From Fimbriimonadales bacterium (lineage in GTDB: Bacteria; Armatimonadota; Fimbriimonadia; Fimbriimonadales; ATM1), in the NCBI GenBank assembly GCA_041744215.1, contig JBGTLG010000030.1, forward strand, positions 98,971-162,970: 64,000 nucleotides of DNA, given 5' to 3'. Positions 49,639 through 60,140 of this stretch are shown piece after piece; position 1 is the first letter of the stretch; each line of letters begins with the position of its first letter. The translations under genes were made by a program, and so were the position numbers. The notes under the pieces were generated by a model that saw only the letters and a program-made list of their open reading frames with translations, made no database searches and was not told the origin of the DNA.

Positions 49639-50290
49639 CAGAAACCTCCTTCAGCAGCCCCTCCTCTCCTTCGCGAACACGCACCTTGTACGCCCACGCG
49701 AAACAAAGGAGAATCACGACCAGCGTCGTGTAGAAAATCGTGCGGTATGTCGGGTCAAGGCCACCGCCGACGACCGCCTGGTTCGCGCCTGCGTGACTGC
49801 TTGGCCACAGGTTCAATCGCGGCAAGATGAAGATGAGAAACGGGGCGGTCAACGCCGCAAAGATGGCGTACGCAGATGAGTACGCCGCGGATCTGACTGG
49901 CGTCGGGAAGGAATAACGTAGTGCAAAGTAAGCCGCATAAATCAGAAGCTGGATGAAGATGCTCGTTTGCCTTGGATCCCATTCCCAAAACGCTCCCCAC
50001 TGCACCTTCGCAAAGACCATCCCAGTAACCGTCGCCAACACGCATAACAAGGTCCCAACTTCGATGGCAGCAACACTCCGGACGTCGAAACGCAGATCCT
50101 TACTCATCAAGTATCGAATCGCCATTACCGCGCCCCAGAGATAGAACAGGGTGCATAGCATCGCAGGGGGAACATGAAAGAAGAGAATCTTTGCGCTTTC
50201 TTCTTGCGGAAAGCCCTTCGCTCCTGGCGCCCAAACATAAAGCGCGGTGACGCCTATTCCAGCCAAGAGAAGAAAGATTCGATAGATCAC
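49562..50290 (-). CDS. ccmC: Heme exporter protein C
   Basis: FFHVP, Trp-rich WGAFWEWDPRQT motif and second His (SSH); GTG start overlaps the ccmB stop codon. Confidence 0.93.
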   Translation of the reverse strand: MIYRIFLLLAGIGVTALYVWAPGAKGFPQEESAKILFFHVPPAMLCTLFYLWGAVMAIRYLMSKDLRFDVRSVAAIEVGTLLCVLATVTGMVFAKVQWGAFWEWDPRQTSIFIQLLIYAAYFALRYSFPTPVRSAAYSSAYAIFAALTAPFLIFILPRLNLWPSSHAGANQAVVGGGLDPTYRTIFYTTLVVILLCFAWAYKVRVREGEEGLLKEVSDGLATGGSDSPDPGVVRPVRLRDRD

Positions 50291-50958
50291 TGCTTCCAAA
50301 CCGCCGCGTACAGGTACGGGCCAAGCGACGAGAACGCGACCGCCATGCCGCCCAGCGACGCGACTGCGCTCCAAGATTCTGCGGACGGGTCGCCGAAAGC
50401 GCCACGAAGGGCAGTGATTCCGGCGGCCAAAACTGGCAACAAAAGCGGTAACGAGATTACCCCCATCAGCAAGCCCCGCCCCTGCGCGCGAGACGCGAGC
50501 GCGCCGCACATAGACACAACCGCAGCAAGTCCGGCACAACCGCACAGAACTCCGCTAATCAGCAGGAACGGCGCAACGACCTCTACTTTTACGAACAACA
50601 CAAACAGCGGCACAACGAACAGTGCGACAGCGATAAGCAACAGCATATTGAAAACGGCCTTTCCCCAAAACACCGGGCCGGGGTTTGCGAGGAGGCGCAG
50701 CAAATCGGCTGTTCCCTGCTCTTCTTCTGATAGGAAGGTTCTGGCTAATCCAACGACGCAAGCAAACAGCAGCGCGACCCACAGCAAACCCGCCGCCAGC
50801 GATGGTGACGGCTCGCCTCGAATGGACGCGATCCCTAACGCGGTCACCGCGCCAACTGCGAACACGAGCGTCGAATACAAGCCGACGCGGCCGCGCAACT
50901 CGACGCGGAGCTCTTTGCCAAGGATTGCTGCAACTTCACGCGCCCAGCTTGAGTTCAC
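50287..50958 (-). CDS. ccmB: Heme exporter protein B
   Basis: KELRVELR, EEEQGTADLL, GKAVFN, LPLLLPVL; GTG start with AGGAGG upstream. Confidence 0.92.
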   Translation of the reverse strand: MNSSWAREVAAILGKELRVELRGRVGLYSTLVFAVGAVTALGIASIRGEPSPSLAAGLLWVALLFACVVGLARTFLSEEEQGTADLLRLLANPGPVFWGKAVFNMLLLIAVALFVVPLFVLFVKVEVVAPFLLISGVLCGCAGLAAVVSMCGALASRAQGRGLLMGVISLPLLLPVLAAGITALRGAFGDPSAESWSAVASLGGMAVAFSSLGPYLYAAVWKQ

Positions 50959-51508
50959 AGTCGCCGAACCTCCTCTCTGCTGGATCATTAGTCGCGAGCA
51001 CGACGACTCCGCGAGATCGCTGCTCGTCGAGTACCCGCTCAACAAGCGATCTACCTTCCTCGTCCAGACTTGCGCCAGGCTCATCGAGAAGAAGGATGCC
51101 CGGCTCGCATTGGATGGCGAGCGCGAGCCGCAGCCGGGCTTTCATTCCGGTGCTGTAAGCGGAGACTCTCACGTTTTGTGCATCGGATAGGCCAACACTC
51201 TCGAGCAGCGTCTCGTCTGAGTTTGCGGGAAGACCTCTCAGGTTTCTGGCGAATTCGAGGTGCTCGATTCCAGTTAGTTGACTGTAGAGCGAGAGCTCCG
51301 GGGAGACATAGCCAAGATGCGCGTGGTGAACTACTTCCCCCGCGCTCGCAACTTCCAGCCCTGCAAGAATCCGCAGCAGCGTGCTCTTTCCTGCGCCGTT
51401 TGCACCGGTCACAACGAGCGCTTCTCCAGCGGGTAGGCAGAACTCGATTCCGCGAAACACCCATCGCGGTCCGAATCTCTTTCCAAGCCCAGTGACCGAC
51501 AGCATCAT
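50936..51508 (-). CDS. ccmA: Heme ABC exporter ATP-binding protein
   Basis: GANGAGKSTLL, YSTGMKARL, LLLDEP; upstream of ccmBC. Confidence 0.9.
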   Translation of the reverse strand: MMLSVTGLGKRFGPRWVFRGIEFCLPAGEALVVTGANGAGKSTLLRILAGLEVASAGEVVHHAHLGYVSPELSLYSQLTGIEHLEFARNLRGLPANSDETLLESVGLSDAQNVRVSAYSTGMKARLRLALAIQCEPGILLLDEPGASLDEEGRSLVERVLDEQRSRGVVVLATNDPAERRFGDCELKLGA

Positions 51509-51733
51509 CCGGATTGTGGCAGGTGCCTTAGCTCCGCCTGGGCGTGCTGTCGCCTGCTTGAAAAAAGTCCCGGGCGTCGACGGGCGTGACTGTTCGCAAC
51601 ACAAGGCGGAGGACACAGCCCGCCAGTCAGGGGCAGAGCTCCCTCCCAACAGGGCCTCGCCAGCCGCGAGATTCTGACCATGCCCGCCGCGCGCTCGCCG
51701 TTCGAGCCAAATTGCCTGGCATACGCCAGTCGC

Positions 51734-53785
51734 TCATCGCGGCGCGACCTTCGGCATTCCGTAGCGGCATTGCATACTGTCCCAGATGAGAATCGCGTTC
51801 TCGGCGCCATATGCGAGCCTGGATGGCTCATCTTCAATTACGAGTTGGCCTCCACGAATCCCGAAGTCACTGTCGTACGACGCCTCAAAGAGAGTTTGTC
51901 CTTGCGACCAATCCCCGAGCTTGATTGGATTGTCGGGATCAGACGTGCCGTTCGTAATGATCGTGAACGTACCAATGATCGCCAAGTAGAGATTCACCTT
52001 CTTCTTGTAAGAGTCACCTACACCACCAACGCCAAACGTGTTCTTCGTCCCCATGTTCTCATCCAGCCAGCATTTGGGCTTGCCTTCGCCCCGCCATGAG
52101 CAAAAGACCTTCCCTTCATGGTCCTTCAAATCTCCTGACGCATTCCAAGTGCATGTTGATCCCATCGCGGAATTCAAGCTCCACACGAGTTGGTCAACAG
52201 GCTTCATGCCAGGTTGTTCTCGATAGGACCAGGGGTCTCCAATCATATTCACTTGGAAGTCGGCGTTGAATGCCAACGAATCCCCGCCTGCAATCGTAAC
52301 GCCGATTTTTCCCGTCCACTTGCTCAGCCATCGGGAATTGCTTGGCCGTCCCTTATGAAACACCTTCACTTCGCCGGAGGGTCCAAGGTCGCTATCGGGA
52401 AGAAGGACAGTGATCTTGTCCGGCTCCCACTTATCTACAACTTGTGCGACATTAGCAATCTCGACTTTTCGATTCTCCTCTCCGGGGTCCTTTCCAAACG
52501 TTCCAATCAGCTCAATACGTCGCTGATAAGGCAACGGGTTGATAAACTTGATCGAAGGCGTCAGCAAGCCGAAGTTATCTCGGTTCGCTCTGAATATTGG
52601 ACTTGGGGTATGTTGCGCGCCCTTATACATAAAGACGGTCGGCCACAGCCGTTTTCTGTCCTTGAAGTCAGTGAATAAGCTCACCCAATCGAATGGTCGC
52701 TGAGCGACAACGTCCTCCGATGGAGGAATCAAATCATCATTCGTGCCGGTCATCCTGTCGAATAGCAACTTGATCCACTTATGGCAATCATTGTGTCCGA
52801 GGTCACTCATGCCGCAGTAGACAGAGGCATTGACGTCGGCCTGCGCGATAACGTCGCTCATCCGTGTTGTGGTGCATCCGTAGATAAGTACAAAGCTGTT
52901 CTTGCTGAACTTCCAAAAAGTTCGAATGAACTTCTTTGTAATGGTGAAGTAGCGCTTGTTGATCTCCTTGTTGTTGGCGTCCAAGTCGTAAAGCGCTTCA
53001 CAAGTTCCCAGATATCCCGCAGACATAAGACCGGCTGGCGATGACATCGGAGCCAGTTCCTCCATGTCCTTCTCTTTTGCCGCCGACCACTCTTCGCCGG
53101 ACACCAAGATGTACTCTGCTTCAAGCTTCTTGTCCTCACGATTCCACACGAGACCATTACCACCGTGACATTGCATATAAAAAACTCCGAGCCCGCGAAG
53201 ACTCATGAGTGTGGCTATGGATCCATCAACGCCAGGAGCGACCTTGTATCCCTTTCCTGTCAGAAGCCGCCGCACTTCATCGCAACTGTTACCAAACACT
53301 TTTCCAAGCGCATTGACGATTCGCGCATCCAAACTGTCCGGCAGATCGTTCGCTTCAAAGCGCTGCTGCGGCAGGCCTGGCGGCTCGGGGGCCGCTAACT
53401 CCAACGGTCGAACATAAGTCTCGGAAGACGCGCGAGGGCCATGTTCGCCGAGGAAACCAAGCGCCCGATCCTCATTCGGTGGCTGCACCGAAACGTTGCC
53501 AAGTATCATGTATGGCACGTGGTCACGGAAGACACATGCGATGTTTCCGTCCTCAGAGACTTCTGCGGTAAGGACTTCGGGAAGAGTCTTCGCAAACTCC
53601 GCAGTTTGAATCCTTCGCTGTGCGATTGGCAGCTGCACCAGCTCGTAGTACTTGTCTCGAATCGCGTCCATCGCTCTACCGCGAGTTGCCGGATTGAGCA
53701 GTTGGGCGTGGAGGGTTGCGAAGAAGGCTAAAGCGAAAACGACGAGCGCTGCGGCCCGAATGACACTAACTCTAATTGTTTGCAT
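51734..53785 (-). CDS. Exported protein with a putative caspase-like (clan CD) His/Cys domain and an IPT/TIG-like domain
   Basis: Signal peptide; VFYMQCHGG ... FVLIYGC; PSI...IELIGTFG...WEPDKITVLLP...SGEVKV...SN. Confidence 0.55.
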   Translation of the reverse strand: MQTIRVSVIRAAALVVFALAFFATLHAQLLNPATRGRAMDAIRDKYYELVQLPIAQRRIQTAEFAKTLPEVLTAEVSEDGNIACVFRDHVPYMILGNVSVQPPNEDRALGFLGEHGPRASSETYVRPLELAAPEPPGLPQQRFEANDLPDSLDARIVNALGKVFGNSCDEVRRLLTGKGYKVAPGVDGSIATLMSLRGLGVFYMQCHGGNGLVWNREDKKLEAEYILVSGEEWSAAKEKDMEELAPMSSPAGLMSAGYLGTCEALYDLDANNKEINKRYFTITKKFIRTFWKFSKNSFVLIYGCTTTRMSDVIAQADVNASVYCGMSDLGHNDCHKWIKLLFDRMTGTNDDLIPPSEDVVAQRPFDWVSLFTDFKDRKRLWPTVFMYKGAQHTPSPIFRANRDNFGLLTPSIKFINPLPYQRRIELIGTFGKDPGEENRKVEIANVAQVVDKWEPDKITVLLPDSDLGPSGEVKVFHKGRPSNSRWLSKWTGKIGVTIAGGDSLAFNADFQVNMIGDPWSYREQPGMKPVDQLVWSLNSAMGSTCTWNASGDLKDHEGKVFCSWRGEGKPKCWLDENMGTKNTFGVGGVGDSYKKKVNLYLAIIGTFTIITNGTSDPDNPIKLGDWSQGQTLFEASYDSDFGIRGGQLVIEDEPSRLAYGAENAILIWDSMQCRYGMPKVAPR

Positions 53786-53945
53786 AAGACGTACTTCGGT
53801 GGGATCGACGGACTTTCCTTCCCTGTGCCTCGGCGGCGTGCGACGTCTCAGCCATTAGGCCGGCCAGCGAGACAAGCGCGTACGGCGCAAGGGACCCGGT
53901 CAGGGTAGCTCGCCTGGCTGCGTTAGCAGAGCCTCGGCGCGTCAC

Positions 53946-54683
53946 CTACCCCCGCCAAAGAGTTTTGCCGCCTTGCTCGTCGGTTAGCAGCATCGAGCCG
54001 TCCTGTTGGTAGTAGTCCCACGCGGTGATCGACGAGTTTGTTAGCAGGATGAGCCGCCTGTCGTCACCAGCCCAGACGCCGACCGTGTCCACTTCCGTCC
54101 CTGAGTCCAGGCCAACCGCGGCTGTCCCGCCGATGGCCCTTCCCCATGATGAAAAGCTTCCGTCTGGCGCGAGGCGATACGTTCTTTCGATCGCCATCGA
54201 GAAACCTGCCATTGAATCGGTGTTCGACTCGGACCACTTCCAGTCGTGCGACAAGTTCTCTGGATTGCTGCGAGGCGCTGGCGCGAGCGATTTGCTAAGC
54301 GCAAGAAAGTCGTCGCGCTCGAAAGTTTCTCCGCCGGAGATTCCGACGAGTCCCGCTGCGAGGTCGCCTATCGAGCGCAGACTCCATGCGACGACCGATC
54401 CTGGTGTTTCCGGCGCACGCTCATAAAAGACGGCGACGCCGCCTGGGATCTCAACTCGTTCCTTACGAGGCCCGATTGCGCCGAGGCCCTCACGAAGCCA
54501 AGCCTCGTAGGAGTCCGCTACTTCCTCGGACGCCAGGTCTGCGCCTGGACCGTAGAGGTATGAGAGAAAGAAGACGTCGTTCGGTCGCTCTGGGCTTTGG
54601 ATCGCAAGAGACGCAGTGGTTTCGGTCCCCTGCAGGTGGAGCGGCACGGTTAGCGCAAGTCCGATCGGATTCGTGTATTCCAT
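53946..54683 (-). CDS. Hypothetical protein
   Basis: 245-aa ORF with GGAGG RBS; beta-rich C-terminal domain (YRLAPDGSFS...GVW). Confidence 0.7.
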   Translation of the reverse strand: MEYTNPIGLALTVPLHLQGTETTASLAIQSPERPNDVFFLSYLYGPGADLASEEVADSYEAWLREGLGAIGPRKERVEIPGGVAVFYERAPETPGSVVAWSLRSIGDLAAGLVGISGGETFERDDFLALSKSLAPAPRSNPENLSHDWKWSESNTDSMAGFSMAIERTYRLAPDGSFSSWGRAIGGTAAVGLDSGTEVDTVGVWAGDDRRLILLTNSSITAWDYYQQDGSMLLTDEQGGKTLWRG

Positions 54684-54695
54684 CCTCCGCCGATG

Positions 54696-55172
54696 CTACT
54701 CGGAATCGGCGGCGCGGTTTAGGGTTTCGATGTCGAGTTTGACCATGGTCATCATCGCTTCCATCGCTCTGCGTGCGCGGTTTGGGTCGGGGTCGTTTAG
54801 CAACTCCATAAGTCGACGCGGGATGATCTGCCAGGAGAGGCCATAGCGATCCTTTAGCCAGCCGCATGCGATGTCGGAGCCGCCTTCGGTGAGCGCGTCC
54901 CAGAGCCTATCGATTTCGGCTTGGTCGTCGCAGTAGATCTGGAAGGAAACCGCTTCGGAGAATTGGTATTGGGGTCCGCCGTTTAGCGCGAAGTAGGCAT
55001 TTCCGGCGAGAGTGAACTCGACGGAAAGGACGGAGCCTGCGGGGCCGGATGGCGTGTCGACCGGTGAGCGAAAGATCCGGTCAATGCGAGAGTTTGGTAG
55101 GAGCGAGGTGTAGAACGTTGCGGCTTCTTCGGCTTGGACGTCGAACCAGAGGCATGGGGTGACTTTGTTCAT
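54696..55172 (-). CDS. VOC/PhnB-like (3-demethylubiquinone-9 3-methyltransferase family) protein
   Basis: KVTPCLWF..QAEEAATFY, ALNGGP, SEAVSF, CGWLKDRYGLSWQIIP, MVKLDI. Confidence 0.93.
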   Translation of the reverse strand: MNKVTPCLWFDVQAEEAATFYTSLLPNSRIDRIFRSPVDTPSGPAGSVLSVEFTLAGNAYFALNGGPQYQFSEAVSFQIYCDDQAEIDRLWDALTEGGSDIACGWLKDRYGLSWQIIPRRLMELLNDPDPNRARRAMEAMMTMVKLDIETLNRAADSE

Positions 55173-55263
55173 TGCTGGGCCAATTATAGTGCGGACTTGG
55201 GGCAAAAGCAAAGGCGCGATTCCCTGCTCGATTGGGTAGGCTTAATCTCACCAGAGGAATCAG

Positions 55264-55884
55264 TTGACACATTTGAGAGCTCTATTGTTCTGCGGTCTCG
55301 CAGTCGCGGCCGCAACGGCGAACTCACAGCAGGGTGAAGCTCGCTGCCCGTTGTGAGTCGCCGGGGGATACGGCGCCAGTTCGGCGACGGAGGCAAAGTG
55401 GCTTTTCAATACCGTTTACGCGCCGTCGACAGTAACGCGCGCGGAGTCTTTTCTTTGGTATCAGGCGGCTCCGAGATTGCAACTTGGACTCGCGTTTCTG
55501 TGGAAGCAGGCCGCTTTTCGCGCGCTTGCGAGTTGGCAAGCGATCCAGGAAACCGACCACATTCCAAGCGTTAGCCTCAGCGCTGGAATTCAAGGAATCG
55601 GCACAGGCAATCCGGGATTCTCGATAACTACTGAGAAGAACCTGCGGTTCGATGACGGCGGATTCATAAACGGCTTCGTGGGCCTTGGCTATCGAACGAA
55701 CGAATCGCACGTGCATCCGCTCGGAGGGTTTAAGTGGAGTCCAGACGGGAAGTTTTCGTTAGGATTTCAGCACGACGGACATGACGGGCATCCCTTTACG
55801 ACGTATTCGATCGAGAACTACGTCGTAGGCGTGTATCTGATCGGCGGAGATCGCCCCGCGCTTATGGCGGGATTCCGCTACTGA
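55264..55884 (+). CDS. Putative selenoprotein: signal peptide, CxxU motif (TGA at 55354-55356), outer-membrane beta-barrel-like domain
   Basis: AGAGGA RBS, TTG start, signal peptide, C-P-L-TGA, then an open frame to LMAGFRY-stop; hairpin directly after the TGA. Confidence 0.65.
55357..55388 (+). promoter_or_regulatory. Candidate bacterial SECIS hairpin
   Basis: GTCGCCG (55357-55363) pairs perfectly with CGGCGAC (55382-55388), immediately 3' of the in-frame TGA. Confidence 0.5.
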
Positions 55885-56120
55885 ACCTCGATCAACGTTT
55901 GCGTAGCGGGGTTTTGGTTGATGGTCTCGGGTGATGGGAAAGCTGGGGCTGATTCGGGTGTCCTTCAATTCTCCCACCAGTCATGGCTCGCCGTTTGGAG
56001 TTTGCCCTTGTCATTTCGTGCTTGGCCGATGGTTCGTCGTGCTGTCCGCCCGCACCCGGCGTGATGTGGATGGAGAGCCCGGAAATCGCTGAGTTGGCAA
56101 AAGTACGTTAAGATGGAGTC

Positions 56121-58121
56121 ATGGTCGACCAATCCAAGATTACCTCCGGCTTCGATCTGGAACTGCTACTCAGCGAGCGGTACATCCAGTACTTCCTGCT
56201 GACATCATTCGAGACGGGTTCGATGCCTTGGTATATGCAGGATACCGACCCCGACACGGGCGTGATCACGCACATCATGATCCATCCGCCGGTCGAGCTC
56301 GAGCAAAACCGGCTGTACGAGCCAAGAGACGATTTCGTGGCGCACCCGTTCCCCAACGAGGTGCCGATCGTCTTCACGAACCACGGTGATGCCTGCAAGG
56401 TCGAACTGCTGCCCGATGACCAGGAGGCGGACATTCGCGTCACCCTTATCGTCAGCGTGGTTGGTCCGCCGCTCCTGCCGGGCGGCAATCCATTGATCCT
56501 TACCGAACAGGACATGACTTTGGACGCAAAGTTCTTCATTGCCTCCGACATCGACGCCAACGGAACGCAGAAGGACGTGCGGTTCACCCTCGAGGTGGTC
56601 GATATCAACGGACCGTTCCTCGATAAAGCGAAGACTCTTAAGCGAGTTAAGGAAGAAGTCGATCGCGACATACCGCTGACCATATTCGGGGAAGACAGTT
56701 CGATCATGCAAATCGAATCTCAAAAGTTCTTTGCCGAGCAATCCGATGATCCTCCGACCTGTCTTGGTTTGTACGTCAATCTAAACCTCAAGAACGGCCC
56801 AGAGCCCGACGCTTTCTTTCCTGCGCGTGGTGACCTTGCGCAGGCGAAGAACTTTATGCCAAAGGGTCATCATTTGGCGTTCGGGTTCAGTGGCGATCTC
56901 TATCCGAGGCTCGGCAGCGATATCTTTCAGAGAATGGCATCCCCTAAAGAAGGAGGTGGCTTCTTCTATCCGCTCGATCCCGACAACCCGGGCATGGGCC
57001 ATATCAAATCTGCGGTCGTCTTTCCTCAAGCCAACGGCCAGCACGTTCCGCTCGGCACTGCCGCGACGCAATTCGACAACATCTTGAACATTCAGGTCAA
57101 GGGCGAATTGGATATCGACACCTTTTTCATGCCGGACTTCCGGATGACGATTAGCCTCGTACCCGTTATCGACAATGGAGTGCTTACCTTTCGCCCAAGG
57201 TTCGACTTGAACATTCCTGCAGCCGGCTGGCTGATCGTGGGGTCGGCTCTGCTGAGCTTCTTGACACTCAAGCTCGCCATTCCGTTGACTTTAGCCCTGC
57301 TGGCCGCCAAGGCGATTATCGAAGACCTGGGCGAGGAAATGGCAGTACCGCTAATCGAAGCTAAGCTTGAAGATGCATCGTTTGTCGATTCATTTCCAAA
57401 CAAGTTGCCCGTGGAGAAGCGCCACTGGGATCCTGCGTACACAACAGAGCACCAGATCGTCTCACTCGTGAAGGAAGTGCCGATCAACAACGAGGGACTC
57501 GCGTTTGCCGCCTTCGATTTGCGCATTGGCAAGGAGCCGAAGATTCTCAAGAATGCCGTCATTCGATCAGAAGTGCGGGATGATGCTGGAAACGTCTCCG
57601 GATTATTGTATCGGATCAATGATTGGAGCCGAGACTTCGAGAAGGAACTGGACCTAATCTTCCCTGCAACGGATCGCCTAGGCTTTGTTGAAATCCTACC
57701 GCCGCAAGGTGGTGTCGAGTCGTTCCGGGTGCACCTGACCGTTGATCAAGCCGTAGAGCGAATAAAGACCAAACGGCTTATCGACAAGATCGCCTACCGC
57801 CCATATAAGATCGATGAAGTGGAGAATCAGATCTATCAGATTCTGACCCTTTCTGACGTCGAGGCTGAGGAGATTCGGCAGCTGGCCGCTGCGCTATTGC
57901 GGCGCGATCTCGTTGCGACCAAGGACGCAGAGTTTCGTCAGCAAGCGCATGACCAGTTGTTGGCGGAACTGGGACGCGAGCCGACACCAGAGGAGGTTGG
58001 CGCGGTACGCAATATCTTGCTTGAAGCGGCGGTCGAGGCGTTGTTCAGCCGGAAGGCCATGCCTGTGATGAGCAAGCCGTTCAATCCGGTGAGTTCGCTA
58101 CCCGCGATTGTCATTTGGTAG
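56121..58121 (+). CDS. Hypothetical protein, probably 3'-truncated (the last ~27 codons are antisense to the neighbouring gene)
   Basis: 666-aa ORF with a central hydrophobic segment (GWLIVGSALLSFLTLKLAIPLTLALLAA); overlaps the convergent ORF by 184 nt. Confidence 0.7.
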   Translation: MVDQSKITSGFDLELLLSERYIQYFLLTSFETGSMPWYMQDTDPDTGVITHIMIHPPVELEQNRLYEPRDDFVAHPFPNEVPIVFTNHGDACKVELLPDDQEADIRVTLIVSVVGPPLLPGGNPLILTEQDMTLDAKFFIASDIDANGTQKDVRFTLEVVDINGPFLDKAKTLKRVKEEVDRDIPLTIFGEDSSIMQIESQKFFAEQSDDPPTCLGLYVNLNLKNGPEPDAFFPARGDLAQAKNFMPKGHHLAFGFSGDLYPRLGSDIFQRMASPKEGGGFFYPLDPDNPGMGHIKSAVVFPQANGQHVPLGTAATQFDNILNIQVKGELDIDTFFMPDFRMTISLVPVIDNGVLTFRPRFDLNIPAAGWLIVGSALLSFLTLKLAIPLTLALLAAKAIIEDLGEEMAVPLIEAKLEDASFVDSFPNKLPVEKRHWDPAYTTEHQIVSLVKEVPINNEGLAFAAFDLRIGKEPKILKNAVIRSEVRDDAGNVSGLLYRINDWSRDFEKELDLIFPATDRLGFVEILPPQGGVESFRVHLTVDQAVERIKTKRLIDKIAYRPYKIDEVENQIYQILTLSDVEAEEIRQLAAALLRRDLVATKDAEFRQQAHDQLLAELGREPTPEEVGAVRNILLEAAVEALFSRKAMPVMSKPFNPVSSLPAIVIW

Positions 58122-58255
58122 GTTCGGCCGGTTGCGGTGGTCGTGGTTAGGGAAAACGAACCATCGGCCTCGGTCGTGGCGGCGCTGTTTGGCACTACGA
58201 CAGCGTTTGCGATGCCCGAAAACCCGAGCAAAGCGATCATTGCAATACTTTTCAC
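57938..58255 (-). pseudogene. Truncated exported protein (N-terminus of a PEP-CTERM-style surface protein)
   Basis: AGGAGGA RBS, GTG start, signal peptide (IANA), VVVPNSAATTEADG...RTYQMTI...ITGMAFRL; after ~77 aa it runs into antisense sequence with no sorting signal. Confidence 0.6.
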
Positions 58256-58497
58256 TATTCTCCTCCTTTCGCGAGATTGCTCTCGGAGCGGCTTTGGGAA
58301 CCTGCTCGGTACCAGTATGACAAAACTTCAGGGGATGTGGGGCGCTACGGCCAAGTATTTCTGCCGGATTTGTTGTGCGGTCGGGGGGGCGGGGTTGGAT
58401 TGGCGGTCGATCGCGCGGCGCTGTGAGGGAGTTTGTCGGGCGTGTGTTTTTCGGCGGGTTTAGGTTGTGCGCCGACGGTCTCGCGTGGGCGTGGCGC

Positions 58498-60140
<1,643 letters not shown>

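Noticed and set aside
50174-51190. Long antisense ORFs (for example 50174-51190, 48516-49307, 21997-22794, 34462-35286)
   Set aside because: Shadow ORFs opposite well-supported genes in GC-rich DNA, with no motifs.
51510-51733. REP-like GC-rich sequences here and at 53820-53945
   Set aside because: The two spacers resemble each other too weakly to define a repeat by eye.
58375-58415. G-rich tract as a possible G-quadruplex
   Set aside because: Only two long G runs plus GG pairs, with nothing to suggest function.
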